Source: an uncultured bacterium
GTDB lineage: Bacteria; Patescibacteriota; Minisyncoccia; Phycocordibacterales; GWA1-40-21
Assembly: GCA_963840885.1 (NCBI GenBank)
Contig: CAWJAN010000004.1
Location: 1 to 45,983, forward strand
Reading direction: 5' to 3'
Length of the DNA stretch: 45,983 bases
Below the pieces are notes generated by a model that searched no databases, was not told the DNA's origin, and worked only from the letters and a program-made list of their open reading frames with translations. Below are positions 8,164 through 17,070 of the stretch, piece after piece. The number at the start of each line of letters is the position of its first letter. Positions within the stretch are counted from its first letter, which is position 1. A program made the position numbers and the translations under genes.

Positions 8164-9753
8164 ATGCTTTCATTGCTTAATTTCATAAAACCGAAAAAAT
8201 CTTCCTTGCCGATTTTCTTTTACAATACCCTTTCGCGCAAAAAGGAGCTGTTCAAGCCGATAAATCCCGGCAAGGTAAAAATGTATGCCTGCGGACCAAC
8301 CGTCTACAACTATCCGCACCTAGGTAATATGCGCACCTATATATTCGAGGATGTCCTGAAGCGCACTTTGGAATATAACGGATTCGACGTAAACCATGTC
8401 ATAAATATAACGGACGTCGGCCACCTGACGAATGACCGTGACATGGGCGAAGACAAAATGGAAAAAAGTATAAAAGATGCATTATATTTAAAATGTAAAA
8501 ATTGTAAAAAAGTTTTTTTCACTGGAATAATAGATTCGGGAATTGGCAATAATTTTATTAATCTAACCTTCACATGTCCTTATTGTGGTGTTTTAAATAA
8601 AGCTGAAAACAATTCAAGTTATTTAAAAAATAAAACTAAAAAAACTGTTTGGCAAATCGCTGATTTCTATACTGAAGCATTCAAAAAAGATCTGAAAGAG
8701 CTCAATATCGAATTTCCTAAAACTTTCTGCAAAGCCACCGACAATATAAAAGAGCAGATTGCCCTCATTGAAACGCTAGAGAAAAAAGGATTTGCGTATA
8801 AAATTTCCGACGGCGTGTATTTTGACACTTCAAAAGTTGCCGATTATTCCAAGCTTTCGCACCAGAACATAGAAGAGCTAAAAGAAGGCGCAAGAATCGA
8901 GGTGAACAATGAAAAACGGAATCCGACAGATTTCGCGCTTTGGAAATTCTCGCCGAAAGATTCAAAAAGAGAAATGGAATGGCCCAGCCCCTGGGGCGTT
9001 GGTTTTCCCGGATGGCATATAGAATGCTCCGCGATGAGCATGAAATACCTGGGCGAGCACTTTGATATTCACTGTGGAGGAATAGACGCCGTGAATGTCC
9101 ATCATACGAATGAAATCGCCCAAAGCGAATCGGCCACCGGCAAGATCCCTTGGGTCAATTTCTGGATGCACGGGGCATTTTTGAATATCGCCGGAGGCGA
9201 CAAAATGGCTAAATCAAGCAACAATTTCCTTACGGTAGACAATAGCTTCACGGAAAAAGGAATCAGTCCCCTAGTTTACCGATTCGCCACATTCATGACG
9301 CATTACAGAAAACCGATGGAATGGAGCTATGACATACTTGCTGGCGCAAAAAACGGCTTCGACAGCCTTATGGAAAAAATTTCCAAGCTCGGAACAAAAA
9401 AAGGGCAGGTTTTGACAAGCTGGAAAGATAAGTTTCTGATTGCAATAAACGATGACCTTAATATGCCTAATGCGCTTGCAGTCCTTAATGAACTTTTGAA
9501 ATCGGATGAATCGGATGAAAATAAGCTGGCGACAATCTTAGATTTTGATAAAGTCCTCGGCCTTGATTTGGCAAAAGCAGGAATGAAAGATGAAATAAAA
9601 ATTCCAGAAAATGTTCAAAAAATTTTGGATGAGAGAGAATTGGCGAGAAAAAATAAAGATTGGAAAAAATCAGACGAACTAAGAGACGAAATACAAAAAC
9701 TCGGTTTTGAGGTAAAAGATACCGCAAACGGACAGGAAGTTAAGAAGATATAG
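8164..9753 (+). CDS. cysS: Cysteine--tRNA ligase with an internal CxxC...CxxC insertion
   Basis: YACGPTVY, HLGN (HIGH), DFALWK, GFPGWHIECSAMS, KMAKS, SDELRDEI. Confidence 0.97.
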   Translation: MLSLLNFIKPKKSSLPIFFYNTLSRKKELFKPINPGKVKMYACGPTVYNYPHLGNMRTYIFEDVLKRTLEYNGFDVNHVINITDVGHLTNDRDMGEDKMEKSIKDALYLKCKNCKKVFFTGIIDSGIGNNFINLTFTCPYCGVLNKAENNSSYLKNKTKKTVWQIADFYTEAFKKDLKELNIEFPKTFCKATDNIKEQIALIETLEKKGFAYKISDGVYFDTSKVADYSKLSHQNIEELKEGARIEVNNEKRNPTDFALWKFSPKDSKREMEWPSPWGVGFPGWHIECSAMSMKYLGEHFDIHCGGIDAVNVHHTNEIAQSESATGKIPWVNFWMHGAFLNIAGGDKMAKSSNNFLTVDNSFTEKGISPLVYRFATFMTHYRKPMEWSYDILAGAKNGFDSLMEKISKLGTKKGQVLTSWKDKFLIAINDDLNMPNALAVLNELLKSDESDENKLATILDFDKVLGLDLAKAGMKDEIKIPENVQKILDERELARKNKDWKKSDELRDEIQKLGFEVKDTANGQEVKKI

Positions 9754-9757
9754 GATT

Positions 9758-10525
9758 ATGAAGCTCATTTCTTTAAATACCTGGGGCGGAAGAGCGGGAA
9801 AAGACCTGCAGCTTTCATTTTTCAAAAAACATAATGATATGGATGTTTTTTGCCTGCAGGAAATGTGGCGAGCGCCGTATCAGGACCTTGAAGGCTTCAT
9901 TGCCGGCGGGCTAACCATAGATCATTCAACAATAATGGTTTACGGCGTTCAGGAGATCTCAAAACTCTTGTACGAACACGAATATTTCTTCAAGCCCCAG
10001 CTCCTTAATGACTATGGGATCATGATGCTCATAAAGAAAAATCTTACGGTAACGGAAGAAGGTGAAATATACGTATACAAGGAAAAAGGATACCTCCCTC
10101 CCGGCGATGTCGGCAATCATGCCAGAAATATACAGTACGCGACAATTGAAACAAAAAATGGGCCTGTGACCATAATTAATTTTCACGGCCTTTGGAACGG
10201 AAAAGGCAAAACCGACAGCGAGGACAGGATAATGCAGTCGCAAAATATAATAAACTTTTTGAAAACCTTGAATAATCCTTTAATTCTTTGTGGCGATTTC
10301 AACCTTCTTCCGGACACGAAAAGCATAAGGATGTTCGAGGAATTCGGCCTGAGAAATCTGATAAAAGAATTGGGAATAGCTTCCACAAGAACCTCATATT
10401 ATAAAAAGCCTGAAAAACACGCGGATTATTGTTTTGTGAGCAAAAATATCAAAGTAAAAGAATTCAAAGTCTTGCCTGATGAGGTTTCGGACCATTCCCC
10501 GCTCTATCTTGATTTTGAAGCGTAA
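9758..10525 (+). CDS. Endonuclease/exonuclease/phosphatase (EEP) family protein
   Basis: SLNTWGG, CLQE, CGDFN, DYCF, SDHSPL motifs. Confidence 0.92.
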   Translation: MKLISLNTWGGRAGKDLQLSFFKKHNDMDVFCLQEMWRAPYQDLEGFIAGGLTIDHSTIMVYGVQEISKLLYEHEYFFKPQLLNDYGIMMLIKKNLTVTEEGEIYVYKEKGYLPPGDVGNHARNIQYATIETKNGPVTIINFHGLWNGKGKTDSEDRIMQSQNIINFLKTLNNPLILCGDFNLLPDTKSIRMFEEFGLRNLIKELGIASTRTSYYKKPEKHADYCFVSKNIKVKEFKVLPDEVSDHSPLYLDFEA

Positions 10526-10576
10526 AAAACGTTTTTTCTCCACAGTTTAGACACAAATTATGCCAATATTGAAGAT

Positions 10577-10604
10577 TGCCCGTGGTTTCCGAGCCGTGTA
10601 AAAT
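10577..10604 (+). promoter_or_regulatory. Sigma70 promoter of dnaB (leaderless-like)
   Basis: TTGCCC-N17-TAAAAT ending 6 nt before the ATG. Confidence 0.6.
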
Positions 10605-10610
10605 GAACTC

Positions 10611-11990
10611 ATGACAACAACAGAGAAGAGAAAAATACAGGTGAGAATTCCGCCGCAGAATGTCGAATCCGAAATGGCTCTTCTCGGCTCCATCATGCTC
10701 CGCCCGGAAGCGCTTCCGGAAATTATGGATATACTCCGCCCCGAAGCTTTCTATTCCGGCAAACACAAGGATATTTTTCTGGCTATGGTCCATCTTTATG
10801 AAAAAAGAGAGCCCATCGACCTGCTTACTCTTTCATCGAAGCTAAAAGAATCAGGCGACCTGGACCGCGTGGGCGGCACAAGCTATCTTACTGAGCTCGT
10901 AAACACGGTTCCCTCTTCATCGAATGCCGAACACTATGCTTCAATAGTCGAGAAAAAATTTACCATGAGAAAGCTCATAGAAGCGGCCGAGCAGATTGAA
11001 AGGCTCGGATACGAAGAAGAAAACGAGCTGGCAGAAATCCTGGACCAAGCGGAGAAAAAAATCTACGATGTCTCCAGCAAGAATCTTTCCGGAAAATACA
11101 TCGAGGTCGGTTCGGTATTGAACGAAGCAATGGAGCGTCTTGATAATCTCCACAAAGCAAAAGGTGAGCTGCGCGGAGTTCCTACCGGATTCAAGGATCT
11201 CGACTTCAAGCTCTCTGGCCTTCAAAAATCAGACCTTATAATTCTCGCTGCAAGACCTTCCGTCGGTAAGACGTCTCTGGCTCTTGATATAGTGCGAAAT
11301 GCGGCGATAAGGAATAATATTCCGACTGCCGTTTTTTCTCTTGAAATGAGCACACAGCAGCTCATAGACAGGATGCTTGCCGCCGAAGCCCGCGTCGATG
11401 CATGGAAACTCCGCTCCGGAAAATTGACTCTGGACAGCGAATTCGAAAAAATCCGCTCCGCCCTCGATCCGCTTTCCAAAGCCCCTATCTATATAGACGA
11501 CCAAGCCTCAAATAATATTTTGAAAATGCGCGCCATCGTCCGCCGCCTGAAGCACGAAAAAAATCTCGGCCTTATCGTCATCGACTATCTTCAGCTCATG
11601 GCGCCGGTCCATACCAAAGGAAACGACAATATGGTCCAGCAGATTACGGAAATTTCCCATTCTCTCAAGCAGCTTGCCAAGGAGTTTGATATTCCCGTCC
11701 TTGCCCTTTCCCAGCTTTCACGTGCAGTGGAATCACGCGGAGGAAAGCCTCGCCTTTCCGACCTGCGCGATTCCGGTTCTATAGAGCAGGACGCTGATGT
11801 GGTTCTTTTCATACACCGCGAGCAAAACGAGGACGGCGCCGGCAAGAAGCAGACGGCAGAAATCCTCATAGAAAAGCACAGGAACGGCCCGACCGGAAAA
11901 GTAGAGCTTTTCTTCGATGCCGACAAATCATCATTCCTTTCCATGGAAAAAGGTGGGTTTGAGGACTTCAACGATAACGAAAAATTCTAA
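10611..11990 (+). CDS. dnaB: Replicative DNA helicase
   Basis: PPQNVESE, Walker A ARPSVGKT, IDYLQL, LSQLSR, DLRDSGSIEQDAD, KHRNGPTG. Confidence 0.98.
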   Translation: MTTTEKRKIQVRIPPQNVESEMALLGSIMLRPEALPEIMDILRPEAFYSGKHKDIFLAMVHLYEKREPIDLLTLSSKLKESGDLDRVGGTSYLTELVNTVPSSSNAEHYASIVEKKFTMRKLIEAAEQIERLGYEEENELAEILDQAEKKIYDVSSKNLSGKYIEVGSVLNEAMERLDNLHKAKGELRGVPTGFKDLDFKLSGLQKSDLIILAARPSVGKTSLALDIVRNAAIRNNIPTAVFSLEMSTQQLIDRMLAAEARVDAWKLRSGKLTLDSEFEKIRSALDPLSKAPIYIDDQASNNILKMRAIVRRLKHEKNLGLIVIDYLQLMAPVHTKGNDNMVQQITEISHSLKQLAKEFDIPVLALSQLSRAVESRGGKPRLSDLRDSGSIEQDADVVLFIHREQNEDGAGKKQTAEILIEKHRNGPTGKVELFFDADKSSFLSMEKGGFEDFNDNEKF

Positions 11991-12058
11991 TTGCTTATTT
12001 TTTAAAAAAGTATTAATCTGAATAACAGAGAAATTACTTCAAAGCGAGGTGAGTAAAA

Positions 12059-12343
12059 ATGGACTCTTCTACGATACTTGCTGTTTGCAATATGTACCAG
12101 AAGCGTTTCGATACGGAAGGCATACCGAAGAAAAGAATGGATGAAAAAAAGTTTTTTGAATCCAAAGATGAGATGTTGGCTCATGCCAATTATCTTCTCG
12201 ATGGAATTCGAGGATTTTCCGTAAGCATGAGTCTTAGAAATATCGGCAAGACTGGCCGGCATCTGGGCTCGGTTCAAACGCTTCTGTGGGTTGCCGGATG
12301 GTACACCCTTGAAGAAATCATGAACCACAATCGCCCTGACTAA
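12059..12343 (+). CDS. Hypothetical protein
   Basis: GAGGTGA SD, upstream TTGCTT-N17-TAATCT, hairpin AATCGCCCT/AGGGCGATT over the stop codon. Confidence 0.75.
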   Translation: MDSSTILAVCNMYQKRFDTEGIPKKRMDEKKFFESKDEMLAHANYLLDGIRGFSVSMSLRNIGKTGRHLGSVQTLLWVAGWYTLEEIMNHNRPD

Positions 12344-12383
12344 GGGCGATTTTCTTTTATAAGATTTATAATATAATCAAATT

Positions 12384-12998
12384 GTGAACAGCATAGACCG
12401 CCTAATAAAAATATTTTCAGAATTCCCAGGGATAGGGCCGAAACAAGCCAAAAGGTTCGTTTATTACCTTATATCCAGGCCGGAAAGTTTTATTGATGAA
12501 TTCAAGCGAGATATCACCGACCTGCGATCAAATGTTGTCTCTTGCTCAGAATGCAAAAGATTTTTCGTCAAAAACGGCGGCGACAAGAAGCTTTGCGATA
12601 TCTGTTCAAGTCCGCGCGATGAATCCGCGCTTATGGTGGTCAGCCGCGATATAGACCTCGATAATATAGAAAAGGGCCATGCATTCCTTGGTAAATATTT
12701 CGTTCTCGGCGGCCTCATCCCGATACTCGATAAATTCCCAGAAAAAAGAATCCGCATAAAAGATTTGCTCTCGGCCGTGGAAAAAGACGCTTCAAAAGTC
12801 CTTAAAGAAATAATACTCGGACTTGATGCTAACTCCGAAGGAGAATACACAAGCGATTATGTAAAAAAAGAACTCTCCCCTATTGCCGAAAAATATGGAA
12901 TCAAGATTTCCGAGCTCGGCCGCGGACTTTCCACCGGAACGGAGCTCGAATACTCTGATCCGGAGACCATTAAAAACGCTTTAAAAAATAGGAATTAA
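12384..12998 (+). CDS. recR: Recombination mediator RecR
   Basis: FPGIGPKQA HhH, C4 zinc finger CSEC...CDIC, TOPRIM domain, GTELEYSD. Confidence 0.96.
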   Translation: MNSIDRLIKIFSEFPGIGPKQAKRFVYYLISRPESFIDEFKRDITDLRSNVVSCSECKRFFVKNGGDKKLCDICSSPRDESALMVVSRDIDLDNIEKGHAFLGKYFVLGGLIPILDKFPEKRIRIKDLLSAVEKDASKVLKEIILGLDANSEGEYTSDYVKKELSPIAEKYGIKISELGRGLSTGTELEYSDPETIKNALKNRN

Positions 12999-12999
12999 T

Positions 13000-13488
13000 T
13001 TATTTGAATCTTCTCCATTCGACTCGCTTCCCTTTCTTTCTAAGCTCAAGCATCATAAGTTCATCCCAAATACCGTCAAGAAGATCATATTTTTTAGCTT
13101 CCTCAGCACTCACCCAGGCATATTTATCTGTTTCTTCTTCTTGAAGTTTGACTTCGCCTGATGCATATTCTGCTGAACATGAAATGATAAGGGACGGCGC
13201 ACCGTCAGGATGCACAATTGCCATGCTCGTCACGTAGTCAATATTTTTTACTTCCAATCCTGTTTCTTCTTTGACTTCTCGACGCAGAACTTTTTCAATA
13301 ATGCTATACCAGCAATTCTCAGAATCTTTCGGTGAGTTGATATAATCTTTTGTTTCTAATTTTCCACCAGGCACTGTCCATTTTCCTGGTGAGCGTTTCT
13401 TTTGCATTGAGCGGCGAGTAATTAAATATTTACCGTCTTTAATGATGATAGCAGTGATTGCAACCTCATGAAGAAATTGATTTTCCAT
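13000..13488 (-). CDS. NUDIX hydrolase
   Basis: PGGKLE...REVKEETGL Nudix box with an inserted loop. Confidence 0.9.
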   Translation of the reverse strand: MENQFLHEVAITAIIIKDGKYLITRRSMQKKRSPGKWTVPGGKLETKDYINSPKDSENCWYSIIEKVLRREVKEETGLEVKNIDYVTSMAIVHPDGAPSLIISCSAEYASGEVKLQEEETDKYAWVSAEEAKKYDLLDGIWDELMMLELRKKGKRVEWRRFK

Positions 13489-13500
13489 ATTCTAATTATA

Positions 13501-15147
13501 CTATTTTTTTGCAATCGCAGCTTTAATAAATGCCGTAAACAAAGGATGCGGAGCCAAAGGGCGGGCTAAAAACTCCGGATGGAACTGGGTTCCGAGGAAA
13601 AATGGATGCTTTTGCTTGGGCAATTCGGCTATTTCCATAAGCATTCCGCTTGGCGAACGGCCTGAAAATACGAGTCCTGCGTCCTCAATCTGGCTTATAT
13701 ACTTCGGATTCACCTCATATCTGTGCCTGTGGCGCTCCTGAATAGTATCTTTGCCGTACGCTTCTCTTGCTATCGTTCCTTTGAGCAGGTTTGCGTCATA
13801 CGCGCCGAGCCGCATGCTGCCGCCATAATTGCATTCGGCCAATAGCTTTTTCTGCTCAGGCATAATATCTATGACGGGATTTTTTGTATTTGGATTTATC
13901 TCAGTGGTATTTGCATCTTTAAGCCCTAAAACATTCCTGGCGTATTCCACGACCATAAGCTGCATGCCGTAGCAAAGTCCGAAATATGGAATCTTATGCT
14001 CTCTTGCATATCTTATGACCGCAAGCTTCCCTTCTATTCCCGATTCTCCAAAACCTCCTGGAACTATTATTCCGTCATATTTTTTAAGAGCGGAAAAATC
14101 AGCGCCAGCATGCTCGAAGTCTCGCGCATTTATACTGTGAATTATCGCTTTTTTGCCTTCTTTATAAGCCGAGTATTTTATAGCTTCGAGAACTGAAACA
14201 TAAGCATCGGTCAGCACGAAATCTCCTGTATTGAAATATTTTCCGACAATTGCGATATCTACGGTATCCTTTGCATTTCTTACTTCATTTGCGAATCTTA
14301 CCCATTTAGAAATTCCCGGTTCTTTTTTCTTCTTTCGCAGATGCAGTATTTTCAAAAGTATCGAGCTCAAGTTGTCTTTTTCAAAATTAATCGGAACATC
14401 GAAAACGCTTTCTATATCCGGAGCGGAGATTACCTGCTCCACCGGCAAGCTGCAGGAAACGGCGATCTTTTCTTTTCTTTTTTGGTCCATGGCGACTTCG
14501 CTTCTCGCCACTATTATGTCCGGATTAACTCCGTATGAATAAAGCTGGCGGATGGCATTTTGCGTCGGCTTGGATTTCATTTCGCCTAGCTTTGACGGCA
14601 CCGGCATATAGCTTACGATAATAAATGCGACGTCATTTGGATGGCGCACTTTCATCGTACGCGCAGCTTCAATGAACATTATGTTCTGGTAATCGCCTAT
14701 CGTTCCGCCTATTTCGATAACGGTAATGTCTGATTTATTGACTCTCGCCGAATTTTCAAAGCGCCTGATTATTTCATCCCTTATATGAGGAATCGCTTCG
14801 ACACATTTTCCGCCGTACTTCAGCTCGCGCTCGGCCTCAATGACATGCTTGTATACCATTCCGGAAGTTATATAGTCGTCATTCGACAAGCTCCTGTTCA
14901 AAAATCTTTCGTAGTTTCCCATATCCTGGTCGGTTTCAAGGCCTGAATCGAGAACGAACACTTCGCCATGCTCCACGGGATTCATGGTGCCCGCATCGAC
15001 ATTCAGATAAGGGTCGACTTTGAGCAAATTCACAGAAAAACCCTTCGCTTGAAGAAGGGCTCCGATGGAAGAAACAGTAATTCCCTTGCCGACGCCTGAC
15101 ATTACGCCACCAATTACGAAAATATACTTGTGAGTTTTGCCTTTCAT
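13501..15147 (-). CDS. pyrG: CTP synthase
   Basis: GGVMSGVGKG, DPYLNVDAGTMNP, GLCYGMQ, ERHRHRYEVN, QFHPEF. Confidence 0.98.
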   Translation of the reverse strand: MKGKTHKYIFVIGGVMSGVGKGITVSSIGALLQAKGFSVNLLKVDPYLNVDAGTMNPVEHGEVFVLDSGLETDQDMGNYERFLNRSLSNDDYITSGMVYKHVIEAERELKYGGKCVEAIPHIRDEIIRRFENSARVNKSDITVIEIGGTIGDYQNIMFIEAARTMKVRHPNDVAFIIVSYMPVPSKLGEMKSKPTQNAIRQLYSYGVNPDIIVARSEVAMDQKRKEKIAVSCSLPVEQVISAPDIESVFDVPINFEKDNLSSILLKILHLRKKKKEPGISKWVRFANEVRNAKDTVDIAIVGKYFNTGDFVLTDAYVSVLEAIKYSAYKEGKKAIIHSINARDFEHAGADFSALKKYDGIIVPGGFGESGIEGKLAVIRYAREHKIPYFGLCYGMQLMVVEYARNVLGLKDANTTEINPNTKNPVIDIMPEQKKLLAECNYGGSMRLGAYDANLLKGTIAREAYGKDTIQERHRHRYEVNPKYISQIEDAGLVFSGRSPSGMLMEIAELPKQKHPFFLGTQFHPEFLARPLAPHPLFTAFIKAAIAKK

Positions 15148-15224
15148 CTTGTTTTAAATTTTTTGTAAAATATTCCGACCTGTTACGTCTTCTTAAAATG
15201 AGTGCGGAGAAATCCTGGAAATAA

Positions 15225-15263
15225 GTATACCAAATTTTTTAAAATCAAAAAAGTTATCCACAG
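15225..15263 (-). promoter_or_regulatory. Putative pyrG promoter with an adjacent perfect DnaA box
   Basis: Minus strand reads CTGTGGATAAC, then TTGATT...TGGTATACT; TTATCCACA on plus strand at 15254-15262. Confidence 0.55.
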
Positions 15264-15375
15264 TTTTCTCTTAAAAACCGTTGACGCACAGTGTGATTAT
15301 TATAAAATTTTTATCGGAAGAACATTTTTCGGAAATTTTTCCGGAAAAAATAAAAAAGAGAATATTTTTTCTCTT

Positions 15376-15498
15376 TCGCAAGAGAACTGGTCCCCGGAAG
15401 GGGCGGCCCCGTTTATAAAAGAGCCAAATTATAAGTCTACTCTGACTTATCCTTCTTTACACCAGTCCCCTTGCAAGCCGCAACAGCGGCTTTTTTTT
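15376..15498. ncRNA. Unidentified structured element, multi-branch stem-loop (candidate ncRNA)
   Basis: 16-bp closing stem 15376-15391/15461-15476 enclosing three hairpins, followed by a terminator-like hairpin and T8. Confidence 0.5.
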
Positions 15499-15518
15499 AT
15501 TTTAAAAATTCTTGCAAG

Positions 15519-15549
15519 AAAAAGCCGCGCCCGAAGGGCGCGGCTTTTT
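15519..15549. terminator. Terminator after rplU
   Basis: A5-GCCGCGCCC-GAA-GGGCGCGGC-T5. Confidence 0.88.
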
Positions 15550-15553
15550 GATT

Positions 15554-15871
15554 TTATTTTATAGATTCGATTTTTACCTGGAAGTATGGCTGCTGGTGTC
15601 CTGCTTTTTTGTAGTATCTGCTTTTCTGCTTGTAATGGATGACTACGACTTTCTGGTGCCTATCGATTTTTTCGAGTGTTGCTTCGACTTTCGCTCCTTT
15701 TATAAAAGGGGTGCCGATGGTGGTATCATGGCCGTTGTCTACGAGAAGAACGTGATCAAAGGATATCTTGTCGCCAATTTTGGCGGTATCCGAAAGCTTT
15801 TCTATCTTTATAGAATCGCCTTTTGAGACCTTGTACTGCTTTCCTCCTGTTTTTATTACTGCAAATTCCAT
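15554..15871 (-). CDS. rplU: 50S ribosomal protein L21
   Basis: MEFAVIKTGGKQYKV...GTPFIKGAKV...GHQQPY; ATG at 15871 preferred to TTG at 15877. Confidence 0.97.
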   Translation of the reverse strand: MEFAVIKTGGKQYKVSKGDSIKIEKLSDTAKIGDKISFDHVLLVDNGHDTTIGTPFIKGAKVEATLEKIDRHQKVVVIHYKQKSRYYKKAGHQQPYFQVKIESIK

Positions 15872-15943
15872 ATACAATATATTACATAAAAATAATGATT
15901 TTGCAACTATTTGAATGTTACGAAATATGGTAATATTATTTTT

Positions 15944-16174
15944 ATGAAAAATAAAATTTTTATTTATATAGCAGTCATACTTGGCCTTGCTTTCTTAGCA
16001 CTCGCCATAACTTATTGGACGACAAGCGCCGGATCATTGCCGGCATATTTTCCAGGATACGTTAGCGGATCGGCCGCGATTCATTTCAAGCACGGGCTCG
16101 GCTCACTTCTCCTATCCATAGCGTTATTCGCCTATGCATGGTTTGCAAGCGGGAAAAAATCAGCGAACCAGTAA
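15944..16174 (+). CDS. Small two-TM membrane protein
   Basis: Two hydrophobic helices flanking AGSLPAYFPGY...HFKHG; TGGTAATAT 7 nt before ATG 15944. Confidence 0.75.
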   Translation: MKNKIFIYIAVILGLAFLALAITYWTTSAGSLPAYFPGYVSGSAAIHFKHGLGSLLLSIALFAYAWFASGKKSANQ

Positions 16175-17014
16175 GATTGCAAAAGAAACCGCTCCTGCCA
16201 ATACGCAATATATCGCAAACGGCAGGAGCGTTTTTGTTTGGAAATATTTTGTCAAAAACTTTACGGAAACATAAGCGCCGAGAGCTGAACACAATGTTCC
16301 GAAAATTACAGGCAGAAGGACGCCGGAACTTGCCGATGCGAGGTCAGGAAGCTTGAGGACCGACGCCGCAAAAATTACTGGCGTAGCGAGAAGAAAAGAA
16401 AATCTTGCGGAGCTTTCGTGATCGAGCCCGAGCAAGAGCCCGGCTCCCAAGGTGGAACCCGTCCTTGAAAATCCTGGGATGAGCGCAAGGCACTCGGCTA
16501 TTCCGACTTTCACGGAATCCGGCCAGGAAATTTTGGAAATTTTTCCATCAGGATCAGTGGGATTTTCCTGGACTGATTTTTTCCTGAGCATTTCCGCTCC
16601 GTAAAGAAGTATTCCGTTCCCGACTAGGAAAAGCGATATGTATGAGGCATCAGAAAAAATAAGCTTGAATTTTTCTTCGAAAAGAAGTCCGAGGATGCCC
16701 ACCGGTATGGTGGCTATTATTATGAGCCAGCCGAGCTTTTCATAGGTATTATCCGGGTCAATATAACGGTTTTTTATGGAGCGGAATACGCCTTTTATTA
16801 TTAAAATCCAGTCTTTAATGAAGAAAAGAAGGAGTACCAGGGCGGTAGCGAAATGAGTGGCTACTACGAATACCAGGAATTCATTACTGCTTTCGTTTAT
16901 ATGCCAATTTAAAAGCGCCGGCAGGATGGCGCTATGTCCTAGGCTCGATACTGGAAAAAGCTCCGTTATTCCCTGAAGTATTCCCATGATTCCGGCTTGA
17001 AATATCGTCAGCAT
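16160..17014 (-). CDS. uppP: Undecaprenyl-diphosphatase
   Basis: QGITELFPVSSLGH, ALIPGFSRTGST, ARFSFLL. Confidence 0.95.
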   Translation of the reverse strand: MLTIFQAGIMGILQGITELFPVSSLGHSAILPALLNWHINESSNEFLVFVVATHFATALVLLLFFIKDWILIIKGVFRSIKNRYIDPDNTYEKLGWLIIIATIPVGILGLLFEEKFKLIFSDASYISLFLVGNGILLYGAEMLRKKSVQENPTDPDGKISKISWPDSVKVGIAECLALIPGFSRTGSTLGAGLLLGLDHESSARFSFLLATPVIFAASVLKLPDLASASSGVLLPVIFGTLCSALGAYVSVKFLTKYFQTKTLLPFAIYCVLAGAVSFAILLVR

Positions 17015-17070
17015 GATTATTTTTTCTTATGATATAATTACGGGATAATTATAAATTAATAGTAATACAA

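Noticed and set aside
8467-8640. Intein or self-splicing intron in cysS
   Set aside because: Too short, no terminal His-Asn followed by Cys/Ser/Thr, no group I/II core; kept as an in-frame domain insertion
15376-15476. tRNA or canonical SRP RNA call for the cloverleaf-like element
   Set aside because: No TTCRA T-loop or 7-nt anticodon loop, closing stem is 16 bp, and the SRP CAGG/AGCA internal loop is not matched exactly
15202-15564. 120-aa ORF in the pyrG-rplU gap
   Set aside because: Runs through a DnaA box, promoter-like boxes, homopolymer tracts and two terminator hairpins; composition is not protein-like
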